In this document: positions 51,717 through 64,000 of the stretch, in pieces | Position numbering within the stretch: the first letter of the stretch is position 1 | Layout: each line of letters begins with the position of its first letter | Assembly (NCBI RefSeq): GCF_006345805.1 | Contig: NC_043000.1 | Span: forward strand, 61,938,001-62,002,000 | Length of the DNA: 64,000 bases | From: Octopus sinensis | Taxonomy: Eukaryota | Direction: 5' to 3' | Program-made: the position numbers and the translations under genes | Notes under the pieces: model-generated | Told to the model about the DNA's origin: nothing | Seen by the model: only the letters and a program-made list of their open reading frames with translations | The model's database searches: none

Positions 51717-52103
51717 GTGGAGGCGCAATGGCCCAGTGGTTAGGGCAGCGGACTCGCGGTCGTAGGATCGTGGTTTCGATTCCCAGACCGGGCGTCGTGT
51801 GTGTTTATTGAGCGTAAACACTTAAAGCTCCACGAGGCTCCGGCAGGGATGGTGGTGATCCCTGCTGTACCCTTTCACTACAACTTTCTCTCACTCTTAC
51901 TTCCTGTTTCTGTTGTACATGTATTTCAAAGGGCCGGCCTTGTCACTCTCTGTGTCACGCTGAATATCCCCGAGAACTACGTTAAGGGTACACGTGTCTG
52001 TGGAGTGCTCAGCCACTTACACGTTATTTTCACGGGCAGGCTGTTCCGTTGATCGGATCAACCGGAACCCTCATCGTCGTAACCGACAGAGTGCTTCCAT
52101 CCC
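51717..52103 (+). mobile_element. Full-length tRNA-derived SINE (head A, tail Y) with a 12-bp TSD
   Basis: A box TGGCCCAGTGG, B box GTTTCGATTCC; AATGTGAAAATT at 51705-51716 and 52104-52115. Confidence 0.9.
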
Positions 52104-52243
52104 AATGTGAAAATTAAAAAATAATAAAGGTGGCTGGACGCAAAATAAAACGAAAAAGGAAGAACTCAATTGTCACACACACACATATAGATATAGACGT
52201 ATGCATACATACATGCATAAATAAATGAATAAATATATATATA

Positions 52244-52302
<59 letters not shown>

Positions 52303-52548
52303 AAGAAAAGATCCAAGCATCACGGTTTAGGAAGTTAGTGAAATTCAAGTAATCCGTATAAGATATAGAAAAACAATTTTCAAGTAATAGGGATTTGGGG
52401 GCGAAAAGGCTGTGAGTTTTCCAGTATCGAAGTACAATCTGCTAAAAAAGTTTATTTTATAGTCCAGCAGTGATTGCTGTATATAGAAATATATATTCAA
52501 AAATACAGGGAATGGAGTAGATAAATTCCACGCTATGTTTCATATCTA

Positions 52549-52734
52549 GCGGAACGTGAGATGTAGTAAATTATCCAAAACTAGGGGTAGACCGCAAGAT
52601 ACTCTTCAATTTAAGGACACCTTGATTATGTGAAGTTTACATTGTCGTTAGGAGGTCCCCAAGGCGTCCTTGGCCTGAAAAGTAGCTTGAAGTCTATCCC
52701 TCGTTTGGATAATTCACTACATCCGAGGTTCCGC
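52549..52734. mobile_element. MITE with ~31-bp TIRs and TA TSD
   Basis: gcggaacgtgagatgtagtaaattatccaaa ... tttggataattcactacatccgaggttccgc, flanked by TA. Confidence 0.75.
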
Positions 52735-53269
52735 TAGCTATAAAACATATGTAACCTGAATTTTATCTTCTCCATTCCCTAATTGTTCAATACACAAACA
52801 CATATGTATGCATGTGTGAATGTACGTGTATATGTATATACATAAATACAAGTCCATACATATGTACACGTACACACACACACATATATACATACACGCA
52901 CATATATATGCACGTAAATACGAAAGATGCATACACATACATTCTACATACATGATTATTTAGCACATACATTTATACACGCATATATCTCTCAAATACG
53001 CACAATGGTCAATTAGGCACTACCCTACCTTCAAAAACCACATTTTTCATCTTCGATCATGTAAGAACAAACGTGCTTTTCCTCAGAATATCCGCTCCTT
53101 TCTCCATTTCTTGCATCAGACAAAGAGCAATGCTGGAAACGTTGAAACTTCACTTATATTATTGTTATACATAATTGTTCAAATCGTTTTAGCTTTCGAA
53201 CGTCGTTATCTGCTAGCGAGGTGAGCTGTTTAAAAGTACCTCTAATCAGAAGGCTATTTCCGTCGCAGG

Positions 53270-53400
53270 GTTACACATTTACTGGTGACTTGAGCAAAGT
53301 GATATGAAATGTTTTCCTCATCAACACAATGCGCTTGGAATCGAACCCATTACTAGCGATTATGAGTACAATACCCTTGGCACTATGAGACACGTCCTCA
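53270..53400 (-). mobile_element. Decayed tRNA-headed SINE
   Basis: Reverse complement shows A/B-box-like segments (GGGTTCGATTCC). Confidence 0.5.
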
Positions 53401-53444
53401 CAGAAATACGCACTAAAGCACACACATACACACATTCACATGCA

Positions 53445-54460
53445 TTGCAGCAAATTCTAAGAGGCGTTTCCCAAGGAACCGTTTTTGGGCTATTTATTGT
53501 AGTTCTCTTAGACATGCACATGGTCACCCACACAGCCACCTTAACTGGCTACGCCATTAACAAAATTATCACAGTTGTAAAATAGCCTCTGACGAAGTCA
53601 CTAGCTAACAGTGAGACCCAAATACAATATACAATTAGGATAAAAAAATTTTTTAAATAACATACAGTTTAATGCTGGAAAATTTTAAACAATGTGCTAA
53701 CAGCTGACAAATGCACCGCGGCTTACATATGCAGAGCCTGAAAGCCCTGCAATCCCAGTCACAAACTGTAGCAAACTTGGGAATGAGTATGGGTAAAGAT
53801 ACGTAATTTCATGCGCACATTATCAAGATGGCAACATAGAGCAATCAACTGATAAGATGGATTCCAAATTCCTTCAGGTGAAGAGACCAACAAATCATGT
53901 TGACACTTTAGAGGTCTTTTGTTCTTAACCGCCTCGACTACTGCTCTCAGCTGTGGCCACCAAATACCGCCAAACTAATAGCGGAGCATGAAGCGGACCA
54001 ACGTAACCACACTTAAATGATTGTAAAAGAGCAGCAGGTGAACTACAGAGAGAGGCTGAAAATGTTACGACTTTACTTCCTGGAGCGAAGATGCATCAGA
54101 TATGTAATACTCTACATATGGAAATTTCTGGAAGGGGTAGTTCCTCAGTTGAGCATCGAGTGTTATACAAATTCCCGAAATGGTCGCTATGGTACTGACC
54201 TTAGATACCTACCACCCCATTTAAAGTCATGACCAGGTACTGCAATAACTTAGATTTAGAAGTCTCATAAGTCTTCAATGCCTTGCCAAACAAAATTAAG
54301 AAATGTACAGAATGTGGGCATATATGTCTTGACATTCTGCTATACAATATACCAGATAAACCAACAGTGAAGTACTAGTTACAGATCAGGCAACAATGTC
54401 AAACTCCCTCCTACACCAAATGGACCAACAACCAAGGAAAAAAGCACATACAGGAGTGGT
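53445..54460 (+). pseudogene. CR1-like LINE 3' fragment (RT remnant)
   Basis: LRGVSQGTVFG...; NYRERLKMLRLYFLERR...YIWKFLEG...YTNSRNGR; homologous to 55395-56560. Confidence 0.8.
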
Positions 54461-54564
54461 AATATGAAATCCTACTGCTCTGAAGAAATCAGCCAGAGAA
54501 GAAAGATATGTAAAAGTGCAAAATTATGCTGATTCCTGACCACATCCGCATGGCTGTATATATA

Positions 54565-54647
<83 letters not shown>

Positions 54648-55328
54648 AGAGAGATATTGAGAGTGTGGAACAGAGAGGGGAAGAGTATAGATAGATAACT
54701 GAATAGATTCTTTATAAATACATACACCAACACCTATTTCACAGCGCATAAGTATTTTACATGATACTAAACACACACACACACACACACATACACCACC
54801 ACCACACAAACACAGACACACACGTATATTTACGCATATATACTTTTGCATTCCTATGATTATCTGCAGCAGACGTACCTGCCCATTTGTTATAAAACTA
54901 TGATACATTTAAAAAGAATATGTAAAAGGAAAATTTCAAATATATGAGAGGAAAAAAATTCAGAAACTATAAACAAGAACACCACAATATAAGAGATTTA
55001 ATATTGACCATTGAATCTTGACAGCCAATATTTAACATAAGTTTAACATAAGTTTTCATTCTTTTACAATGCTCTTGGGGTTCGTGGAGCATGACGAATG
55101 CATAAGAACTATTTATCATTTTCTATTTTAGTGATTTTGGATTGTGGCCAAGATGGAGCATCTCACCCACAGGTTTTCATAAAATACGTACTTTTTTCTG
55201 GTACTTTCCTTATCGATATACATTTTGCACATGGTTCGATCCATGTTGGAATTAGCGGTCATATATCGGAAGACTAAATATCATATGGCGTCTTTTGCTA
55301 TTATCACCATATTATCACCAATATAGCA

Positions 55329-55382
<54 letters not shown>

Positions 55383-55394
55383 ACATAAATATAT

Positions 55395-56560
55395 ACGACT
55401 GAGTGTTAAAGCAGCTGCTAACCGACTTAAGCGTGAATGTGATATATCTTGACTTTACAAAACATTTAATAAAGTTGACCATGGTATGATATGTCACAAA
55501 CTGCGTGATCTTGGCATAGTGGGGAAACTTGGAGAGTGGCTACACAACTTTCTAAAACATAGGCGTCAAGCAGTGGTGGCCAATGGAGCCACCTCAAACG
55601 AATCACAAATAGTAAGTGGTATTCCACAGGACACTGTCTTGGGGCCACTGCTATTTACAGTGGCCCTCTCAGACGTGCCCTCAGCTGATGACACGATGTG
55701 GAGATGACACAAAATCTCTCAGACAATTCAAAACCCTGGAAATATTACACATCCTCAACGGGAGCTGGACGCAATACACAGGTGGGATGAAGGCACCAAC
55801 ATGTAGTTTAATGCAGGAAAATTCCACGACCTGCGCTACCAGCATACAAAGCTGAACAATACGCGGACAGGATTCACTAGTCCAGGAGGAATTGCATTCC
55901 CTAAGTCAAATTCAGCGCGTGGCTTGGGTATTGACATGAGTAATGATGCATCATTCCAGGTGCCTATTATGAACTTAGCAATAAAATGCAGACGGCTAGG
56001 TGGATAGATCCTCCGAACTTTCAGAACGAGAGAAAAGGAAACTATGATGGTCCTTTGGAGGGCATATGTCTTCATCCGCTTAGACTAGTGCTTCCAACTA
56101 TGGTCAACAAGCAGTATAAAATTAGCAGTGGAACTCGAAGCAATCCAATGAAGCTACACAAAAGAAAATTGTCTTAATGCAAAGCATCAGCTATTGGGAA
56201 ATTCTGAAAAAGTTAAGACTCTTCTCCCAAGAATGAAGGCGGTAAAGATATGCAATGATATACATCTGGAAAATCCTGGAAGGCATTGTAACAAACTTTG
56301 GGTTTGAAACTTATACAAACAGCAGAACGGAGCGCCATTGCATAGTGTCAAAGATCTCAACATCGCCATCAAAACACAGGACCAGATGCTGCAACAGCTT
56401 GGGTTTCAAGAGCCCACAGCTCTTCAACATCCTTCGAAACTGCCTGAGAGATCTGCGCGGTGTGGATGTAGGTGAGTTCAAAACAAAGCTGAACATCCTC
56501 TTGTTAAGCATTCCAGATGTGCCTTCTTCACGACCATTCATCAAATACCACACATCAGAG
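55395..56560 (+). pseudogene. CR1-like LINE 3' fragment (RT remnant)
   Basis: YLDFTK.FNKVDHG, SGIPQDTVLGPLLF, ADDT, IYIWKILEG, with frameshifts. Confidence 0.85.
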
Positions 56561-56849
56561 GAGGTGTCAAATAACGAAAGTTTAACACCGCGTTTTTTCT
56601 TCTTGTTTTTGTATTTGCTTTTATTCTTCTCGCTCTTTTCTTCTGTTTTCTCATAGTCCAGCATACTGGTTTTAAATACGTATAACGTCATGATATGAGC
56701 CGGGAAGTTTGCTTGGAGATACATAGCATATTATATAAATCTGTCAATTTAATGTATCTTAAATGATGGAACTATTAGTAGCTTTATTTTTTAAAGCGAT
56801 TATCAAATCACACATACACACACACACATATATATATATATATATGAAA

Positions 56850-57076
56850 AGTAGTAAAGGTCCTTCGTAAGTCATAGGGTCGTAAAACCAGTTTCTCGGA
56901 TTCTGTGGTGTATACATACCGTTATGGTATTCCTCCCTTTTGCAAGCTAAGAGGACCAAAGCAACAGCAAGTGAAATGTTTTTTCTCAAAATGCAACGCA
57001 TCGCCGACCCAGGAATTGGAATTACGAACTTCCGATCAGGATTGCAACACTCTAACTCTTAAGCCGCACGCCTTCA
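56850..57076 (-). mobile_element. tRNA-derived SINE (B-like head, X-like tail)
   Basis: - strand tRNA-like head; tail CCGAGAAACTGG...ATGACTTACGAAGGAC resembles the tail of 23501-23781. Confidence 0.6.
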
Positions 57077-57087
57077 GCACACACACA

Positions 57088-57151
<64 letters not shown>

Positions 57152-57817
57152 ATGCATGCACGCACGCACCCACTCATGCACACACATTACAACTTTTATA
57201 GTAGCAGAGGTGACAAACGTAAAACTAAGAACAGTTATCACAATTCTCTTACTTCAGATTTCCCTTTTAGTACTTAACAGTACTCCATTTGGACTACCAA
57301 ACGTCCCTGAAAAATATAATTTTGTATCCCTTGATTCTTAGTAAACCTCCGACAGTATAATAATGGTTGCTACAGGAATGGTCGTATTGCCATGGATACT
57401 ACAAGTGTATAACTTACTTTTTTATATTGTTTTAATTTCAGTATATGGATTAATGACTAATGCATAGCCAAAAATAGTTAATCTGTTTGTCTGTGGCTGG
57501 ATCTTAAATTTATGCGACATTAATTGATGAGATCCGTAAATACAAAATATTTACTTCGTTCAACATCTATGCATCAACAAAGTCTTTAAATTTAAATTCA
57601 GACAGACTAAAATGTTGCAAAAATGGTTTGACATATCAGAAGTACATCGGAGACAGTGGTAAATATGACTACAACAATAGATTATAATAAGTACCATATT
57701 GTTGTTGTTATTATTAACCTAGGTGAATCCTAATTGAGTAGAGATATGAACTTCAATTTTGAAATCCTTTTGTTAATTACTCAGATACACTGTATTTTGA
57801 CTATATTAATCAATGTA

Positions 57818-59008
57818 TGAGGTGGTATCAAAACGTTACCGAATTAGTTGTGTAGCGCGTCAACAGATGGCAGAACACGGTTGCGTGCTCAGTGGGAGCT
57901 AGCAATGACCTTCATGAGGCAGTGTGCCGAGTGACATAGTTGTGTTTACTTCAAAAGTTGTGAAATTTGTTTTGTGCTCACGTGTATGATGTAGTCTATA
58001 ATTTTGTCACGGACAGAAAGTTTGAGCCGGCGGGAAATTTTACATTAAACTTGGAAAGTCTGTTACAGATACATTGAGCATATTTCGGTAAGCTTATCGC
58101 GACGATGAAATGGGTCATACGAAATATTTCGAGTGACACGGATGCTTCAAAATTCATCAGCTTGAGTATGAGGATCCCCAGAGGACAATCAATGATATTG
58201 CTAATTCTGTTGGTCTCCGTATTGGTCCATACAGGTAATCTGAATTGAACATACGGCGTGTCTCTGAAAAGTTTGTCCCTCACCTGCTGACCACTTAACA
58301 GAAAAAGCATGCCGTCAAACTCTGTTAAAATTTCCGTCAGTATGCTGATGATTATCCATCCTTCATATCGGGGATCATCACCGGTGATGAGCGTGAGATC
58401 TACGTGTACGACTTTGAGATGAAGCAGAAGTCGTTATAATGGAAGAGCACTTCATCTCCACGACCGAAGAAAGCACAACAAGGCCGTAGATCAATCAAGC
58501 ATTCGTTCATCGTTTTTTCATCGACATCCACAGTATTGTGCATCGAGAATTGGCCTCACTCAGGGCCAGACCGTCAATCAAGAGTTCTACTGACACGTTT
58601 TGAAGCGTTTCAGGGAGGACAATCGGCGAAAGCGACTTGATTTGTGGAGCATGAAGAATTGGATTCTTCACGACGACAATGCACCCTGTCACCGAGTTCT
58701 TCGCACTCACCCATTTCGTCAAATTTAGCATCTACGGACCTCCATCTCTTTCCCCAAATGAAAAAATCAGCTCAAAGGTCTCAAAGGTCACCGTTTTAAC
58801 ACCGTTGTCGAGACCCAGAGCGAAATATAGAAGGTCCTCGACTAGCTATGGGAAAACGACTTCTCGGTCAGATTCCAAAAGTGGCAGAGACGCTGGGATC
58901 GGTGTATTGCTGCGCTAGGTGATGATTTCGAAGGAGATGATGTTAAAACTTAGGTAAATAAGTCATTTTTAAAAATTCAACATAGCTGGAACATTTTGGC
59001 ACCATTTT
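57818..59008 (+). mobile_element. Decayed mariner transposon
   Basis: Transposase remnants KFVPHLLT, IITGDE, WILHDDNAPCH, WQRRWDRCI...GDDFEG; imperfect TIRs tggtatcaaaacgttacc vs tggtgccaaaatgttcca. Confidence 0.85.
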
Positions 59009-59828
59009 GAATTATGATCAAAGATAATAATGTATTATGAAGAAAAATTGGTTAATAGTTCTACCAAGTCTAACAAATGCATTGAGTATTGTACGTTAAG
59101 TGCTATATTTTGTGTGAATCACTATATCGTAAATTAATGACAAGGTTTAAATTATGTTTCTCTTGTACACTATCACTGCATCATAGCAAGAAAAAAAAAC
59201 GGGAAATAGCTAGAATCTGGAGTTTATTCCTGGTTTGTACTATTAATATGTATATCATATGACGACGAAATATATTTCCCGATAAACACAGTAATTCCAA
59301 ATATGTCGGCTACATATTTGTTCACAAGAACATGGCCGTCTTGTAAAGGGGGATTAAATGTCTAGTGTTCATTATATCATTTTTCTAATAAAAAAAAATA
59401 TATCTTCAGTATAGTGGTTACATACACTTGAGAGAAGTAAATAAATATTATACTACTCTCAGAATGCAATTTGTTTCTACTCAACTGCATCCTACAATTG
59501 ATAAATAAGCATAAATTACATTCTCCTCCAAAAGGCGTAATTTCTTTTAGGGAAGGAATATATTTAATTCAGTCAATATAAGCATATTAGTTTTATTTTA
59601 TCGATCACTGAAGGAGTGAAGTAGATTTTGCTGGTATTTGAGCTGGGAATACTGACGGTAAGAGATGGGATTATTTCAAGAGACACCAGGCGTTTTCAGC
59701 CGCGGTATGTCTGCAGCAAATATATCTTTTCCTAATAACACACGCAAACACACACACACCCAGACACCCACCCACACACACACACACACTCACACATACA
59801 CGCCCACACATATGATTGTATGAAGCTC

Positions 59829-59892
<64 letters not shown>

Positions 59893-60039
59893 CGTGTGCG
59901 TGTGCATGTGTGCGTTCACGAGCGCGTATATGTATACAGTGTTTCTCGCAATTAAAGCAACCGAAGTTTCTGGCTTTAATAACTATTAATAAATGTGATA
60001 AGATATGAAACTTGCACATCATAATAAAAGCATTGTGCC

Positions 60040-60283
60040 TTCTTTTTGTTTCAGACTAAATAAATTCAGATTTATAAATTAGACAATGGCTATAGCCCGA
60101 AATACAACGATAACCTTCCACAAAGTAGGCGAAAGTAATACAGCTACAGAAGTAAAGCTTAAAATTAACCGAACAACAGTCTGGAAAATTGTCAAAAAAT
60201 TCCAAGAGACTGATTCCACCGCTGATCGCTCTGTATGTGGCGAAATGAAAAAAAGTTGGTTGCCTTAATTTTTGGACGCCCTG
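60040..60283 (+). mobile_element. Internally deleted Tc1/maT-like element
   Basis: HTH-like remnant INRTTVWKIVKKFQET joined directly to a right TIR tttttggacgccctg|TA. Confidence 0.6.
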
Positions 60284-60615
60284 TATATGCCTATTAAAGA
60301 AGAAATTATGTATAAACATAGATGACGTATGGCTTTTGCTGCTATGTTCAGAGCTCTTACGTAAATCTTTATAAAATCAATTTCTGTATAGTTGTTAATT
60401 AAATAATATACAGAGTAGTATCACCAGTCATGAACTACAGAGAAAGCAAGGATAAACGCACATTTATATTATTATTGCTAGAAAGTGTCCGCTGGGGGCC
60501 CAGTCTTATCGAGCAACTATACACATTTGAAACTTCTATCGCAGAACGCCAAACACCCGCAATGGTTGAACGCGCGTGGGAACTTTAATACAAATATGTC
60601 TTTATCTATATTTTC

Positions 60616-60651
<36 letters not shown>

Positions 60652-60844
60652 TAGGAAATCTACCCATTCACGATGGGGGCATATACTGAGGGAGGGAAGT
60701 CATAACAGCAGTATGTATTGAGAAATGTGTAAATGGACTTGATAGATTACTGGGTGATGTCTTAGAGAAATCACATCATTGTTGGTGATACAGTATTCTG
60801 TTGCAGTTATATGACATGTGCTTGCAACTAAGTGACATGTGATG

Positions 60845-61270
60845 ACGATTTACCCCCGAACTAGTGTGTTTACGTCCCCATAAGTTACCAATTCGGTAAA
60901 AGTAACTGATAGAATAAGTACCAAGGTTATGAAAAATAAGTACTGGTGTCGATTCATTGGACAAAAAATTCTTCAAGAGGATGCCCCAGCATAGCCGCAG
61001 TCTCATTACTAAAACAATTAAAAGGTATTGCAACTTTCCTTTCAGAGTTTCTTTTCAAAATCATACATTTAAATATTCTTTTCTACTCTAGGTACAAGGT
61101 ACGAAATAATTTTGGTGGGGAGGGGACCAGTAGCTTAGAACGACCCCGACAGGCAAAGTCGACTTCGATGGAATTTTAACTCAGAATGTATAAACAGATG
61201 AAATACAGATAAGCATTAAGCTAAGCATTTCGCCCGGCGTGCTAACGTTTCTGCCAGCTCACCGGCTTAG
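60845..61270. mobile_element. Two SINE fragments in opposite orientation (60845-61020 +, 61070-61270 -)
   Basis: Match the 42006 and 20167 families respectively. Confidence 0.75.
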
Positions 61271-61843
61271 TCATACTTTTAAATATTACGCTCAGTTAAA
61301 CTGAATAAGAGAGTTCACTACTACTTGGCTAATTCCTAATGCGTTGATGCAGGTGAACCTTAGTAGGTTAAATCTGGCTATTTTATGTTATATGTATTGG
61401 TGGATTTTATGGTTAAAAATTATTTTACACCTGACATTAAAAGTGTGAAGGTCTTTAAGAATTATGCTGCAAAATGGAAAATTACAGGTTATGAATTTGG
61501 TGACATCTAAAATTTTTAAAAAGAAAAAAAATGTAGTAAATAAATCAATTTATTCAACGTTGAAATTCATAAAATATCGACTCAACATGAAATTAAAATG
61601 CCATAAAAATAAAGCTGCGAAATCGAATACAGCAGTCTGCGCGCCATTTTAATGAGTAAAAAAAATGGTGACACATTTTGTTGAAGTAAATTCCCTTCAC
61701 TGAGATACTAATGTGTCCTAATTTTAGTCTTTTTGTTATGCGTTTATTGGTAAATTGTATACTGCACAACATTTATCTATCCTTTATTCAATCTCCGGGA
61801 CTCATAAATTGTATACATTTATCATTTGTTATTTTGAAATATG

Positions 61844-61946
<103 letters not shown>

Positions 61947-62420
61947 TAAAACAAATTTAAAAGGATGGCTTATTAGCAATAATAAAATAATAATAAATAA
62001 CAAAAGCCCTAAACTTAATGTCTGACGAAGGGAGGCAAGTCCCCAGCATACATAGTCGGATCGCGATTTCGCATTTTGATGTAGACCATTTTAATCCTTC
62101 TCCGCAACTCTTAATGCCTCGGGTTAAATTCAACTACCTCTGTCAGTCTTATAAGAAAACTTGAAAATATGTGCTGATTTTCAAAACAGTAAAAGTGTAA
62201 ATAGCAAATTAAAAACGATGGCTTATTAGCGATAAGAACATATATATATATATATATATATAGTTCATAGATGAGAATCAGATATTCTCCCCATAGTATA
62301 CACTGCGTAGTTCTCAAAAAATTTAAACTTGAGCGAGTAGAGAAGTAAATATAGGGATAAGCAAGTTAGACAAGTCAATATATAAATTATATTAAATACA
62401 TGAAATACAAAAAATGTATA

Positions 62421-62625
62421 CAGTAATCCCTCGCCATATTGCGGTTCACCTATCACGGTGCACCTCTCCATTCCTCCGCAGTGTTGTCTTGCATTTATAA
62501 TAAAATAAATGTATACAAATTATAAAAATAAAAACAATATATACAGTACTCTACTGTTTCTATGGATGTTCACCCATCACGGCTGTTTCTGGAACGTAAT
62601 ACTCACGGTAGTCAAGGGGTTACTG
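62421..62625. mobile_element. Tigger/pogo-like MITE (205 bp)
   Basis: TA|CAGTAATCCCTCG ... CAAGGGGTTACTG|TA. Confidence 0.75.
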
Positions 62626-63744
62626 TATCTCTTAACATACGAAAAGTTCCGTCTTACAGAGAATAGAAATGATATCGAGAATTAAAGGGGTTGAAAAAAA
62701 GTATCACAAATCCAACAGCTGTTTCTGAGGACTCGGTGGCTTAGTTGAAGGAGGTTACTAAATGTTGTATATATGGTATTGTAGTATAGGGTTGTATAAG
62801 GTTGTATATAATGACCTGTGTAACTTGCTTATCACTGCATTTACTTATACAGACACACACGCACCCCCCCACACACACAAACACACACACACACACATAG
62901 ACATATATATGACTTTGAACTGCATCCGGTACGGGAGTTTCATGGTTTTGAGTAGTGGAGCCACCTCTTAACCACTAGTTTGCCCAGGTGTCTACTCTAA
63001 CCTGGAGTACCTCTTAGGGTTCTCTTAGGGTACCAGCTATGAGTTAATAAGCATGTTGACTAAGATGTGGTTTACCTTCCCTACTTCGTCAGATCCAGAA
63101 CAGCGTCTGTTTCAGGATCTTCTGGCTGACTTGTTTATACAGCTTCTGTGCCTGTGCGACATTCGGCGGCAATTATTGTGCTTATGCTGCTATTAGTTAC
63201 TACAGGCCAACGCCAAAAGTGCTGACTGTAAAGGTGCAACTCTACTCACCATGTATGCAGCAGCTCGTTTCAGCTTGTCTCCGATCCCAATCGTCCTACA
63301 TCTCCTCCTTGCCACTCGAGTAGTCGCGGATAAGTTAAGTTGCGCGGTGGGGTCTTGTGCACCAGTCTCATCACTGCTCTGACTTCGATCCATCGCAGCC
63401 TTTTTCATTTGATTCCTCTCATTTTGTTTTCTCTCAAGTCTATTGGCGATGAGCAGCAAGTGGCGAAAGCAAGCATAGATGAAGCTAAAGCCTCTAAATT
63501 GAAGATTGTCCGGTGACGACAAGAATAAGATGCTCTCTGATACTTGCCCTTGAGGAGAACAGGTTTCTTCGGTCCTGCTCTTGTGTCTAGGCGGTAACCT
63601 TGTTTAGGGAGGCACACTGCCTCAATCTGAGGAACGGCCAAATAAAAATGAGCCAATGAAAGCGTGTCCCGTTCTACCCAGTCAGGAAAACGTACCTGGC
63701 AGATCATCTCTCTCATTTCAGTCGAAGCTTCAAGAAACTGCTTA

Positions 63745-64000
63745 GTTGATTTTGCAAACTGAGATCGACCTAATCGAACGTGTAGCTGTGATTGCCTCCG
63801 AGCTGAAATGCTATGCAGTCTTTAGTAAGACGCGCTTCTCGAAAGAAGGCTCTCTAACAGAACAGAGAGAGAGAATGCACATGACAGGGGAAGGGTATCC
63901 CCGATAACAACGACAGAACCCATAGATTGGCCTTCGCTTTGAAGACATTAATTGCAGATAAGATGACAGGATTTCCTCTCGAACTGCAGCTTATCAGCTT
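63745..64000 (+). pseudogene. RTE-clade LINE AP-endonuclease N-terminal remnant, runs off the window
   Basis: VAVIASELKCY...SKTRFSKEGSLTEQ...LAFALKT matches recalled TALIARELxRY...SETRxxxEGxLTE...GVGFAIK; the GC-richer 62900-63745 is probably its 5' region. Confidence 0.7.

Noticed and set aside
53589-53620. CTGACGA plus small stem as a hammerhead
   Set aside because: Lies within CR1 RT coding remnant and lacks GAAA.
62016-62056. CTGACGA-GGGA/TCCC hammerhead-like motif
   Set aside because: No GAAA or stem III follows.
63193-63716. Minus-strand ORFs of 109 and 103 aa
   Set aside because: No recognisable domain; they lie antisense within the probable 5' region of an RTE LINE.

Overview
AT-rich, microsatellite-dense eukaryotic DNA, probably from a coleoid cephalopod (Octopus-like); this is inferred from recalled resemblance of the abundant tRNA-derived SINEs, not from a search. 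No host protein-coding gene could be identified with confidence, and almost all listed ORFs are microsatellite or transposon artefacts. The one clear gene is tRNA-Ser(CGA) at 2590-2671, inside a ~2.1 kb block duplicated 8.37 kb downstream; the second tRNA copy has three 1-nt deletions. Between the two blocks lies a ~6.2 kb, very AT-rich Penelope-like element (PLE, Naiad-type RT + GIY-YIG). It has direct pseudo-LTRs that each carry a type I hammerhead ribozyme (HHR), a 2.7 kb strand-skewed extension and an internal AATAAA + A23 tract. Two further HHR-bearing inverted-repeat elements lie at ~21 kb and ~50 kb; all three families sit at TA-rich microsatellites and have self-complementary stem III sequences. 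Also present: a composite Helitron with a helicase remnant and a 165-bp tandem array, a bipartite RTE-like element whose 5' end folds preferentially on one strand, REL-, CR1- and RTE-type LINE remnants, mariner/Tc1 remnants, MITEs and a modular set of SINEs. All alignments and folds were done by eye.
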